Below are positions 48,278 through 57,388 of a stretch of 64,000 bases of DNA, piece by piece (the first letter of the stretch is position 1; each line of letters starts with the position of its first letter). Source of the DNA: Bdellovibrionales bacterium (GTDB taxonomy: Bacteria; Bdellovibrionota; Bdellovibrionia; Bdellovibrionales; JAGQZY01); the NCBI GenBank assembly GCA_041736155.1, contig JBGSUL010000035.1, positions 2,100 through 66,099 on the forward strand, written 5' to 3'. Made by a program: the position numbers and the translations under genes. Under the pieces are notes generated by a model. The model saw nothing but the letters and a program-made list of their open reading frames with translations, made no database searches and was not told the origin of the DNA.

Positions 48278-50655
48278 ACGAATGGTCCTCCGCAGATCTT
48301 TTACGAGCTCGCTCGCTGTCGCCAGCTATCGATCGCTATCTTAAAATACTTACAGCGCCGACAGTCTCTTTTGCCGATGAACTCCGACACCAACGTCACC
48401 GCGAGTGGACACGGGCCGCACTGGCCGCTCTGCTCACGGATTTGCCCGCACAAAACATTTGCCAGTTTTGGTCGGAGTCCTGTTTGCAAATTTTGCGACG
48501 CGCTTGGGAAAAAGAAGAATTGCAAAACGAATCGGTATGTTTGATCACCATGGGGAAACTCGGCGCAGGAGAGTTGAACTTAAGTTCTGATATTGATATT
48601 TATTTTGTTTCCGAAAAAGAACCCAGTAAAGTTCTTATTAAAAAAGTTCGTTCTTGGCTCAATGATCTTACCGAGATTCGTCCCAGCGGTTTTTGTTTCC
48701 GAGTCGATTTAGATCTGCGCCCCGGTGGCAGTACGGCCCCTTTGGTGCAAAGTTTTGAGCAAATGACCAACCACTATGGCTACCACGGAGAAACCTGGGA
48801 GCGCGTGGCCCTCATTCGCCAAGACATTCCCCTCGGCCCCCCACAACTCACTCAAGATATTGCAAATTTCTGTCGAAAATTTTCTTTTCGCAAACACATT
48901 GATTATGGGCTTTTCCACGATTTGCAATCTTTGCGCAGCAAAATTCAAGCACACAAAATGACGTCCTCAACAGCAGACTTAAAATTTCGACGCGGAGGAA
49001 TTCGCGACTTGGAACTTTTGATACAGTCCTTGCAACTGATCCATGGCGGAAAATCTCCCTCTCTGCAAACGCGCTCCCTCTCCAGCGCCATCGCCACACT
49101 GCAACAGGCAGGTCATCTGTCCGCCAGCGATGCAAAAACCCTGGCTGAATCTTATTGGTTTTTTCGTGATCTAGAAAATAAATTGCATAGCGAAAACGAT
49201 CAATACACCTACGATCTCAACCAGTCGCATGTTTTGACTTCCGAACAAAAAGAACTTTTCACGATAAAAGCGGAGAGCATCGCCCAGATCGTCGATCAAT
49301 TTTTAAGTCCCTATCAAAAAAAGGTCCCCGCAACGCTCATGACTTCCGCTGAGATAAACGATCACGACGAAAAATTTAAAACGGCCTGGGAAGAGCTGCA
49401 AAAAATTAAATTGCAGTCCCGCTCTCTCGACCGCGATCGCAATGAGTGGGCTTTGTTTTTAAATAATGTGCTTGTTGTTTTGCAAAAAGGTGTGGGCGAT
49501 CGTTTCCGTGCCGTCGAACATTTGCACCAGTTTCTTCTCGCCACCAAAGCAAAAACCAGTTTTCTTAGTCTGCTCAATCAGCATCTCGAGCTTCTCGAAG
49601 AACTCCTGTGGATCTTCTCCTGCTCCCCCTTTCTGTCGCAAATCTTGATCCACCGCCCAGAATTGGTGGATAGTTTTTTATTAAAGACGGCTGATATCAA
49701 TACTCAGGATGAAGACCTCTTTTTTTCTTCTATTCAAGATTTCAAACTCATGTCGGATCTCATCGCCAGCTCGCGTTTTTTGCGTCAAAAAAACGTTTTA
49801 GAGCTCACCCAAAATCTGTCGCAAACTACCGACACGCTCGTTCTCGCGGTGTTAGAATTTTTACGCAAAAAGTGGAAAGAGCCTCTGCAAATTTTGTGTC
49901 TTGGTAAATGGGCCACTGGGCAAATGGGCCTCACCTCCGATTTAGATTTTGTATTTCTGTCCGATACAACGGCGAGCGAAGCACAAATGAAGTTGGCGCG
50001 ACGTTTTATTCATGTGCTCAATTCCCCACACAGCGGCCAAAAACTTTACAACATCGATTTACGCTTGCGCCCCAGTGGCAGCGCCGGCCCCTTGATTGTC
50101 ACCCGCTCCGAGCTGCAAAAGTATTTAACCTCTCAAGCCGCCGTTTGGGAAAGACAAGCCTATTTGTGCTATCGTATTTTACCTACCGAAGAAAGTGTGC
50201 CTCTCTTTACCCCGCGCCCCCTCACTACCGCTGATCAACATGAGCTTCGCGATATCCAGAGCAAACTGCTGGTGAACGATCCCCTGACCATCGATTTAAA
50301 AAAGAACAAAGGGGGGCTTTTGCATAGCGAACTCGCCGTCCAAGCATTTGCCTTGGCGAACGAGCAGTTTCCCTCCACTCCGAGCTTTGAAGGCCTTTGC
50401 GAAATCGTAAAAAACCGACGTGATCCCGTCCTCGGGCAGACGATTTATGATAATTATCAAAAACTGCGCACGTCACAGCAGCTACTCATTCTCCTTAGCC
50501 AGGCCGCCGAAGCAAAACTCAGCGATGACTCGGCCGATTTAGAGCTCTTAAGTGCTCTTCTCGGTACCTCTCCAAAGGTCGTGCTGAGCGAAACACAAAG
50601 TTTACTCAATGAACAGAAGATGTTGTTAGATAAACTGACTGACGAAGCTGACTGA
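48256..50655 (+). CDS. glnE: Glutamine synthetase adenylyltransferase/adenylyl-removing enzyme (short, 799 aa)
   Basis: Two nucleotidyltransferase modules. The first has GKLGAGELNLSSDIDIYFV with FRVDLDLRPGG. The second has LGKWATGQMGLTSDLDFVFLS with YNIDLRLRPSGSAGPL. Its start overlaps the tolB 3' end by 22 nt. Confidence 0.88.
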   Translation: MVTLPQLNEWSSADLLRARSLSPAIDRYLKILTAPTVSFADELRHQRHREWTRAALAALLTDLPAQNICQFWSESCLQILRRAWEKEELQNESVCLITMGKLGAGELNLSSDIDIYFVSEKEPSKVLIKKVRSWLNDLTEIRPSGFCFRVDLDLRPGGSTAPLVQSFEQMTNHYGYHGETWERVALIRQDIPLGPPQLTQDIANFCRKFSFRKHIDYGLFHDLQSLRSKIQAHKMTSSTADLKFRRGGIRDLELLIQSLQLIHGGKSPSLQTRSLSSAIATLQQAGHLSASDAKTLAESYWFFRDLENKLHSENDQYTYDLNQSHVLTSEQKELFTIKAESIAQIVDQFLSPYQKKVPATLMTSAEINDHDEKFKTAWEELQKIKLQSRSLDRDRNEWALFLNNVLVVLQKGVGDRFRAVEHLHQFLLATKAKTSFLSLLNQHLELLEELLWIFSCSPFLSQILIHRPELVDSFLLKTADINTQDEDLFFSSIQDFKLMSDLIASSRFLRQKNVLELTQNLSQTTDTLVLAVLEFLRKKWKEPLQILCLGKWATGQMGLTSDLDFVFLSDTTASEAQMKLARRFIHVLNSPHSGQKLYNIDLRLRPSGSAGPLIVTRSELQKYLTSQAAVWERQAYLCYRILPTEESVPLFTPRPLTTADQHELRDIQSKLLVNDPLTIDLKKNKGGLLHSELAVQAFALANEQFPSTPSFEGLCEIVKNRRDPVLGQTIYDNYQKLRTSQQLLILLSQAAEAKLSDDSADLELLSALLGTSPKVVLSETQSLLNEQKMLLDKLTDEAD

Positions 50656-50695
50656 ATATCCTTGACGACCTGAGCCAGCCTTTTAAACTAGATGA

Positions 50696-51271
50696 ATGAG
50701 AGCAGTCCTTCTCCTTTTTTTATTCTGCAGCATTTGGTCTTCGGTTTCTTTTGCAAAAGAGAGCTATGCTCGCATCATCACGAGCGCTGGAACTATCAAA
50801 ATTCGTTTTTTAACAAGCACAGCACCCAAAACGGTGGACAATTTTATTAAGCTTTCCAAAGGGGAACAGCGTTTTGTCGACAAAGAAGGCAAAAAAGCCA
50901 TGCGTCCTTTTTATAATGGCTTGGTAATTCACCGTGCGCACCCCGAACTGGGAATTTTTTCGGGTTGCCAATGGGGAACAGGACGCGGCTGGCCTGGATA
51001 CTATCTTTTTGACGAAATCCACGATGGTGTGACTTTCGATGCCCCAGGCAAAGTAGCCATGGCCAAGCTCTCAGCCAGTGACAATCGTTTTGGCAGCCAG
51101 TTCTTTATTACAACCACCGCTGCGCCACGTCTCAATAAAAAGTACACAATTTTTGCAGAAGTGGAATCGGGCATGGATGTGGTTAAAAAAATCGCCAGCA
51201 CACCGACGGACGCAATGATGATGCCCAAGAGTCCTATCACCATCAATTCCATCGAAGTTTTCGAGCAATAA
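50696..51271 (+). CDS. Periplasmic cyclophilin-type peptidyl-prolyl isomerase
   Basis: Signal peptide MRAVLLLFLFCSIWSSVSFA/K. Cyclophilin blocks ..FHR.. variant (VIHRAHP), GSQFFITT. Confidence 0.85.
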   Translation: MRAVLLLFLFCSIWSSVSFAKESYARIITSAGTIKIRFLTSTAPKTVDNFIKLSKGEQRFVDKEGKKAMRPFYNGLVIHRAHPELGIFSGCQWGTGRGWPGYYLFDEIHDGVTFDAPGKVAMAKLSASDNRFGSQFFITTTAAPRLNKKYTIFAEVESGMDVVKKIASTPTDAMMMPKSPITINSIEVFEQ

Positions 51272-51370
51272 GTCTCCTTGCCCTTCGTTACAAGACGGTT
51301 CTTTCGCCGCGTCGTACTTTGAATCCTCCACCATCCTCCTTTATCGTTCTGAACTGCATTCGGGGGGAAT

Positions 51371-51595
51371 ATGCCACAAAACAAAGACCGCACTCTGCGC
51401 ATCTATAAGCAGCTCGTCGACGAGCTTTTAAAAGAGACAAGCGATGAAAAATTAGTTAAGGATTTGATGCAGAAACTAAGCATGGAATACTCGTCAGAAA
51501 AGGTCGATCGTCTCACGACCGTTCTCGCATTTAATCCACGCCCAGACAGTTTTCCAAACGAAAAGCCTCTGGACCCAATGAAGGAGCCTTCATGA
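51371..51595 (+). CDS. Small hydrophilic protein (74 aa), unknown
   Basis: Its stop overlaps the CBS start (ATGA at 51592-51595), which argues for real translation. Confidence 0.45.
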   Translation: MPQNKDRTLRIYKQLVDELLKETSDEKLVKDLMQKLSMEYSSEKVDRLTTVLAFNPRPDSFPNEKPLDPMKEPS

Positions 51596-52965
51596 TTTAC
51601 AATAGCATTTTAGAAACCATTGGCGACACTCCGATTGTTAAACTTCACAAAGTAGTGCCCAAAAATAGTCCCCATACTTTTTTAGCAAAGCTCGAATATT
51701 TCAATCCAGGTCTGAGCGTGAAAGATCGCATCGCCTTGTCGCTGATTGCTGGCGCTGAAAAGCGCGGTGATTTAAAGCCGGGTGGTACTATCATCGAGGC
51801 GACCTCCGGCAATACTGGCATGGGCCTGGCGATGGTTGCAGCGGTAAAAGGTTACAAAGCCATTTTTGTTATGCCCGACAAAATCAGTGAAGAAAAACGC
51901 GCCGCTCTTCGTGCTTTTGGCGCCAAAGTGGTCATTACTCCCACCGCCGTTGAACCTACTGATCCGCGCAGTTATCTTTCTGTCGCTAAAAAACTCGGCG
52001 AAATCACACCACATAGTTTTTTGACGAATCAATATCACAACCCTGATAATGCTCGCCAACACTACGAGACCACGGGACCAGAGATTTGGGAACAAACCGA
52101 AGGTAAGATTGATGTCTTTGTCGCCGGTGCAGGAACCGGTGGAACTGTGTCGGGTGCCGGAAAATATCTGAAAGAGAAAAATCCCAATCTCAAAGTTCTC
52201 TGCCCAGATCCTGTCGGTAGTATTCTCTACGATCTGTTTTATTTTAAAGAAGTCAAAAACCCGCCACAGCCTTACAAAGTGGAAGGGGTCGGCGAAGACA
52301 TGCTCCCTGAGAACGTGCACATGAACGTGATCGATGATTTTGTGCAAGTGACAGATAAGGAAACGTTCACTCTCGTGCGCGAGATTGTTTCAAAAGAAGG
52401 GATCTGTGTGGGTCCATCTTGCGCGATGGCTCTGGCCGGCGCGATTAAGTATTCTGAGAAATTTACTAAACCTATGACTTTTGTGATCATGATGGCGGAT
52501 AGCGGTCGCGCGTATCTGAGCAAAGCCTTCAACGATGATTGGATGAAGGATAACGACTTCCTTCCTTCGCCAATGCGTACAAACACTGTGCGTGACCTGT
52601 TGATGAAACAATCCCAACCCGATTTGATTTCGGCCAAGGTGGGACAAAGTGTGATCGACGTAGTGAATCTTCTCAAACAAAATAATATTTCTCAGGTTCC
52701 GGTATTCTCGGACAGTGAGATTGTGGGAATCCTCGACGAGTCGGATTTAATCTTCCCTCTTGCCACAGGAAAACTCAAACCCACAGAGCCGATCATTCAT
52801 TTGATTAAGGGAAATATTATTTGGGTGGATCTCGAGGACAACTTAGAAAGTCTCTCTGATCATTTCCAAAAGGGCTTTATTGCTCTGGTCAAAGATGCTG
52901 GACAGAAAACACGTTTGATCACAAAAATCGATTTGCTTGATTACATGAGCCATTTTCTTAACTAA
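51592..52965 (+). CDS. Cystathionine beta-synthase (PLP CysK-fold plus C-terminal CBS pair)
   Basis: PLP-Lys NPGLSVKDR, GNTGMGLA, and a C-terminal tandem CBS domain (..ISQVPVF..IVGILDESDL..). Confidence 0.88.
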   Translation: MIYNSILETIGDTPIVKLHKVVPKNSPHTFLAKLEYFNPGLSVKDRIALSLIAGAEKRGDLKPGGTIIEATSGNTGMGLAMVAAVKGYKAIFVMPDKISEEKRAALRAFGAKVVITPTAVEPTDPRSYLSVAKKLGEITPHSFLTNQYHNPDNARQHYETTGPEIWEQTEGKIDVFVAGAGTGGTVSGAGKYLKEKNPNLKVLCPDPVGSILYDLFYFKEVKNPPQPYKVEGVGEDMLPENVHMNVIDDFVQVTDKETFTLVREIVSKEGICVGPSCAMALAGAIKYSEKFTKPMTFVIMMADSGRAYLSKAFNDDWMKDNDFLPSPMRTNTVRDLLMKQSQPDLISAKVGQSVIDVVNLLKQNNISQVPVFSDSEIVGILDESDLIFPLATGKLKPTEPIIHLIKGNIIWVDLEDNLESLSDHFQKGFIALVKDAGQKTRLITKIDLLDYMSHFLN

Positions 52966-52978
52966 AATAGGAGCCACT

Positions 52979-54136
52979 ATGAAAGCGACTGACCACAAAG
53001 TAGGATTTGCTACACGCGCGATTCACGCAGGACAAGAGCCGGACCCTACAACGGGCGCGATCATGACTCCCATTTATCTGACCTCCACATTTGTGCAAGA
53101 GTCGCCCGGTGTGCACAAAGGGTATGAGTACAGCCGCACTTCCAACCCAACTCGCAAAGCCTACGAAAACTGTCTTGCCAGCCTAGAATCTGGAAAGTTC
53201 GGTTTTGCCTTTGCTTCGGGTTGTGCTGCGACAACGACGGTGATGCATCTTCTGAAAGCGGGCGATCACGTTGTCGCCAGCGATGATATGTACGGTGGCA
53301 CATTTCGCCTTTTTGATAAAGTTCTCCGCCACAATGGTATCGAGTTCTCGTTTATTGATATGACGAAACCAGAGAATTTTGAAAATGCCATCAAAGCCAA
53401 CACCAAACTGGTGTGGATCGAAACGCCCACGAACCCCATGTTAAAGTTGGTGGACATTCGCAAACACTGTGCTCTAGCACAAAAGAAGAGCATCATCTCT
53501 GTGGTTGATAATACCTTCATGAGTCCCTATTTTCAGCGGCCGTTAGAATTAGGCGCCGATGTGGTTCTCCACTCCACAACAAAATATATCAATGGCCACA
53601 GTGACATCGTTGGTGGGGCATTGATTATGAATCGCCCCGAGCTGGCAGAGAGAATCGCGTTCCTCAGTAACTCCATGGGCGGTATCCAATCCACTTTTGA
53701 TTCCTACATCTGCATGCGCAGTTTAAAAACTTTGCCGGTGCGAATGCGTACCCACGAAAGCAATGCCAATAGCATCGCAACTTTTTTAGAAAAACATCCC
53801 AAAGTGGAACGAGTCATCTACCCAGGATTGGCCTCCCATCCCCAGCACGCGTTGGCCAAAGAACAGATGTCCGGTTTTGGTGGCATGATCACTTTTTACA
53901 TAAAAGGTGGCATGACGGAATCGCGACAATTTTTGGAAAAAGTGAAGATTTTTTCATTGGCAGAAAGCTTAGGCGGCGTGGAATCCTTAATTGAGCACCC
54001 AGCGATTATGACACATGCCAGTGTGCCTGTAGAAAATCGCAAGGCTCTGGGGATTTCCGACAATCTCGTGCGCCTCAGCGTCGGCATCGAAGACATCAAC
54101 GATCTTCTATGGGACCTTGAGCAAGCCTTGAAATAA
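52979..54136 (+). CDS. Cystathionine gamma-lyase / gamma-synthase family PLP enzyme
   Basis: Cys/Met-metabolism PLP signature VVLHSTTKYINGHSD. 385 aa. Confidence 0.9.
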   Translation: MKATDHKVGFATRAIHAGQEPDPTTGAIMTPIYLTSTFVQESPGVHKGYEYSRTSNPTRKAYENCLASLESGKFGFAFASGCAATTTVMHLLKAGDHVVASDDMYGGTFRLFDKVLRHNGIEFSFIDMTKPENFENAIKANTKLVWIETPTNPMLKLVDIRKHCALAQKKSIISVVDNTFMSPYFQRPLELGADVVLHSTTKYINGHSDIVGGALIMNRPELAERIAFLSNSMGGIQSTFDSYICMRSLKTLPVRMRTHESNANSIATFLEKHPKVERVIYPGLASHPQHALAKEQMSGFGGMITFYIKGGMTESRQFLEKVKIFSLAESLGGVESLIEHPAIMTHASVPVENRKALGISDNLVRLSVGIEDINDLLWDLEQALK

Positions 54137-54153
54137 GTCTACCAAAGTGAGTT

Positions 54154-54182
54154 CGCACCCTTGACTTAAGAGTGCGGTTTTT
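54154..54182 (+). terminator. Rho-independent terminator after the transsulfuration genes
   Basis: CGCACCCTT-gactt-AAGAGTGCG (one C/A mismatch) followed by GTTTTT. Confidence 0.7.
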
Positions 54183-54212
54183 GTAGCTATATTGGTTCTT
54201 ATTTTCCGATGT

Positions 54213-54288
<76 letters not shown>

Positions 54289-54379
54289 CTTTAAAGACTC
54301 GAACCTTGGTCGTCTTACAGACTCACCTATCTTCGTCGTTAATAATATTGGTCGCTCCGCTCCATTTTTGTTCTGAATA

Positions 54380-54985
54380 ATGCGATGGGCCTCAACTCAA
54401 AATTGGATTCGTATGGGAAAAAGCCGTTTAGAAGCATTCAGTGATGGCGTTCTTGCGATCATCATTACCATTATGGTTTTGGAACTCAAACCTCCTCACG
54501 ATACAACACTCGAAAGTCTCTACCCGCTTCTTCCCGTTTTCTTGGCTTATGTTTTAAGTTTTATTTATGTCGGTATTTACTGGAACAATCACCACCATAT
54601 GCTCCACACCGTTACAAAAGTAACGGGAGGAATTTTATGGGCCAATCTGCATTTACTCTTTTGGCTTTCTCTTGTTCCGTTTGCCACAGCCTGGGCTGGC
54701 GAAAATCATTTTGCGCCTTTACCTGTCGCCGTCTATGGTTTTGTACTTCTTATGGCAGCGATCTCGTATTGGATTTTGCAGAATGCGATTATTTGTTCTC
54801 ATGGAGATAAGTCTCCACTTAAAGTGGCGGTTGGTAACGATCTTAAGGGAAAACTTTCTCCCGTCTTTTACCTTCTTGCTATCGCTTCGTCATTTTTTTC
54901 TTCAGCCCTCGCCATGGGCTTTCTGATTTTTGTTGCAGGGATCTGGCTTATCCCCGATCGGCGTATTGAAAAACACTTACGTTAG
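54380..54985 (+). CDS. TMEM175/DUF1211-family membrane protein (putative K+ channel)
   Basis: Hallmark RLEAFSDGVLAIIITIMVLE (RxxxFSD) at the N-terminus of six predicted TM helices. The start may be 54413 (MGKSRLEAF..). Confidence 0.75.
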   Translation: MRWASTQNWIRMGKSRLEAFSDGVLAIIITIMVLELKPPHDTTLESLYPLLPVFLAYVLSFIYVGIYWNNHHHMLHTVTKVTGGILWANLHLLFWLSLVPFATAWAGENHFAPLPVAVYGFVLLMAAISYWILQNAIICSHGDKSPLKVAVGNDLKGKLSPVFYLLAIASSFFSSALAMGFLIFVAGIWLIPDRRIEKHLR

Positions 54986-55008
54986 ATCCTTCGCTCCGCT
55001 CAGGATCT
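54984..55008. repeat. Single REP-like unit AGATCCTTCGCTCCGCTCAGGATCT
   Basis: It fills the 26-nt gap between convergent stops (54985 and 55012). Its termini are self-complementary (AGATCCT/AGGATCT). Confidence 0.7.
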
Positions 55009-55011
55009 AAT

Positions 55012-56028
55012 TTACTTAAGTGGTTTGCAGACTTCGTCTTTGACTCCCGCAACACGCTCGGTGGTTTGCGGGTGACTGGATAAATAATTAAATAATTTAT
55101 TTTTTGGATTCGTGGACATTTTGTACGCTTTTTCGAGATCGAGAAGAGCTTGTTTAAAGCACGACGAAGAAAGACCCGTTCTCTTCAGCGAAGCATAGGC
55201 CCCCTGATCTGCCTGTTGCTCAAATTTACGCGAATACTTTGCGCTGACTAAAAAAACACCCATGTTGAGAATTGTGTCTGTGGTTCCCACCATATCGCCG
55301 ATAATAAAAAAGGAAACCCCCGACAACACAGAGGACGAAAAAATGGTCGACAATACATGTCGGTTCTTTAAGTGGGCCTCTTCGTGGAAGACAACAGATA
55401 AAATTTCTTCATCTTGGCTCATGGCTTCTACCAACTCATCGCCGATAATAATGGTGTTTCCAGCAAGCGCAAAGGCATTGGGTAATTCTAGCTCTCTAAA
55501 CAAAATTTTGATTCGAGGGTCAATGTGCTCGCGGAGGTAGTCCGTCAGCTGTTGCTGTCGTTCTGGTGAAAGCTTACTTGGGGAAAAATATTTGCTATCG
55601 AGTTGCTCCACCAGGATCTTATCAAAAGAGTTCGCCCATTCTTGGGGCACACGAGCGGCCAAAGATCCACTGAGCTTGGGTAAAACCACTTGCACTAGGA
55701 AAACAAGCCCAAGCACTACCGATATTAAACTTAAAACCACGCCCAGGCTATGAGATTCGAGCCAATAAACGAACCGTGATCCCGACGTAAACAGATTTCT
55801 GATTTGTTCAAAATGATAATATCCACTCTCGACTTCGAGACGACCTCCATCGACAAGTTCAATAATCAATGGTCCGTTTTTTGTTGGAATCATCGCACGA
55901 TATTGACCTTGCGCAAGTGTCCGCTCGTCACCGTCCACAATGACAATTGAATGATTGAGAACACGCAACTTTACGTCGCGTGCTTGAGAAGTTTTTCCAT
56001 CAAGAAAAGTGGCTCTTAACTCGATCAC
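55012..56028 (-). CDS. M48-family zinc metallopeptidase with N-terminal soluble domain and TM segment
   Basis: VVFHEEAHLKNRH contains HEXXH. A TM (LGVVLSLISVVLGLVFLVQVVL) separates the N-terminal domain from the peptidase. The GTG start overlaps the upstream stop (GTGA). Confidence 0.8.
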   Translation of the reverse strand: MIELRATFLDGKTSQARDVKLRVLNHSIVIVDGDERTLAQGQYRAMIPTKNGPLIIELVDGGRLEVESGYYHFEQIRNLFTSGSRFVYWLESHSLGVVLSLISVVLGLVFLVQVVLPKLSGSLAARVPQEWANSFDKILVEQLDSKYFSPSKLSPERQQQLTDYLREHIDPRIKILFRELELPNAFALAGNTIIIGDELVEAMSQDEEILSVVFHEEAHLKNRHVLSTIFSSSVLSGVSFFIIGDMVGTTDTILNMGVFLVSAKYSRKFEQQADQGAYASLKRTGLSSSCFKQALLDLEKAYKMSTNPKNKLFNYLSSHPQTTERVAGVKDEVCKPLK

Positions 56029-57212
56029 AGGCCAATCTCAAAATCTAAATCAAAGATTCCGAGGATCTCCTCGGCGATGGGAGAGGCTGAGCTTGCCGCT
56101 GTCTCGACAAACTGATCGAGATTGTCGACACTCAAATATTTAGACTCAGTTAAAAGCTTTCGATAACGCATTTGTGCCCATGGAATCATAAGACCAAAAC
56201 TGAAAATCATGACAAAAAGATTGGTGAATACGACCCATACAAAATCTTTTTTCGATAAGACGATTCTACTCTGGTAGGGTCCCGCATGCAGACGACCCCA
56301 AATATATGTATTCGTTAAGTAAGGAAAAAGTACGCTCAGATAAAATATTAAACCGTAAAATGTAAAAATAAGCGGAACTATGAGAATTAGCATTATGGTT
56401 CCAGTAATCCGTATCAACCCCAAACAAGCTACCACGGTCAGCGCTATCAGAACCATCCAACCTATAGCTCTTAGGTACGGCATGAATACATGGCTGAAAA
56501 CTGCCGAAGAGTCAGTGTGAATTGAAACTCTCGTCCCGCCATAAGATAAATTATTATAAATGTAACTATAGCTGGCGTTAAGTATTTTGCGACCCATGAT
56601 CAACATATAGATGATGTTCACTACCGCGATACTCATAATCGTTATCATCGTCGGGTGGGACCAAATTGCGAGAGCGGCCGCTTTATCTTTTCCCGTCGTC
56701 ACCGGTAATTGGCCAAATATTTTTAAACATAAAATGGAGATAAACGACGTAACAAACAAAAAGGCGCCATAGCGAAACCATAGTCGATAAGCATCGTCGA
56801 GTTTTCCATGAAAACCAAAACGTACATTTCTGTAACTTGTGTATTTGGTCTTAAATCGCATGGATTTAACAAACAAAAATGGACCGACAAGAACCATTAA
56901 AAAGAATCCCAGAATCCCCACGGTCCAGTTGATTTGCCCACCCCAAAAATACAAACCAAAAATCACCAATGCAATAATCCGCCCTATCAATATGGGAAGT
57001 GGCTGAGCGTGATAATCCATCCGACTTCCTTTAAATTCGGTAGCTTGGTTTATGTACTTCATTTTTCGAATTTTAGCCCATGGACTGTAAACTCCGAGTG
57101 TCACCAATGTAAGGAACAAATTGACGATCCAAATACTGAAATAATCACCCGAACGACCATGAAACTGTAGGCGAATGAATTCGGGTTGTGATGGGGGCAC
57201 CTCTAAATGCAT
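56025..57212 (-). CDS. YjgN/DUF898-family polytopic membrane protein
   Basis: FHGRSGDYFSIWIVNLFLTLVTLGVYSPWAKIRKMKY matches my recollection of the DUF898 N-terminal signature, and there are multiple TM helices. I prefer the ATG at 57212 (GGAG 8 nt upstream); the track start is 57287. Confidence 0.7.
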   Translation of the reverse strand: MHLEVPPSQPEFIRLQFHGRSGDYFSIWIVNLFLTLVTLGVYSPWAKIRKMKYINQATEFKGSRMDYHAQPLPILIGRIIALVIFGLYFWGGQINWTVGILGFFLMVLVGPFLFVKSMRFKTKYTSYRNVRFGFHGKLDDAYRLWFRYGAFLFVTSFISILCLKIFGQLPVTTGKDKAAALAIWSHPTMITIMSIAVVNIIYMLIMGRKILNASYSYIYNNLSYGGTRVSIHTDSSAVFSHVFMPYLRAIGWMVLIALTVVACLGLIRITGTIMLILIVPLIFTFYGLIFYLSVLFPYLTNTYIWGRLHAGPYQSRIVLSKKDFVWVVFTNLFVMIFSFGLMIPWAQMRYRKLLTESKYLSVDNLDQFVETAASSASPIAEEILGIFDLDFEIGL

Positions 57213-57388
57213 AGGCTTTTCTCCTGTTAAAAGGGAAGAAATTTGCATGACCTTAGGAAAAGTGCAATGTTCTAGAGAACTTTTCATGTATTTTTTTCGT
57301 CAAAATAGTCAGTCGCTTGCTACTCGTGTTTTTTTTTCAATTTTTTTAGAAAACCTCCTCAAAAATGCGAAAACTGCTATAAATCTCT

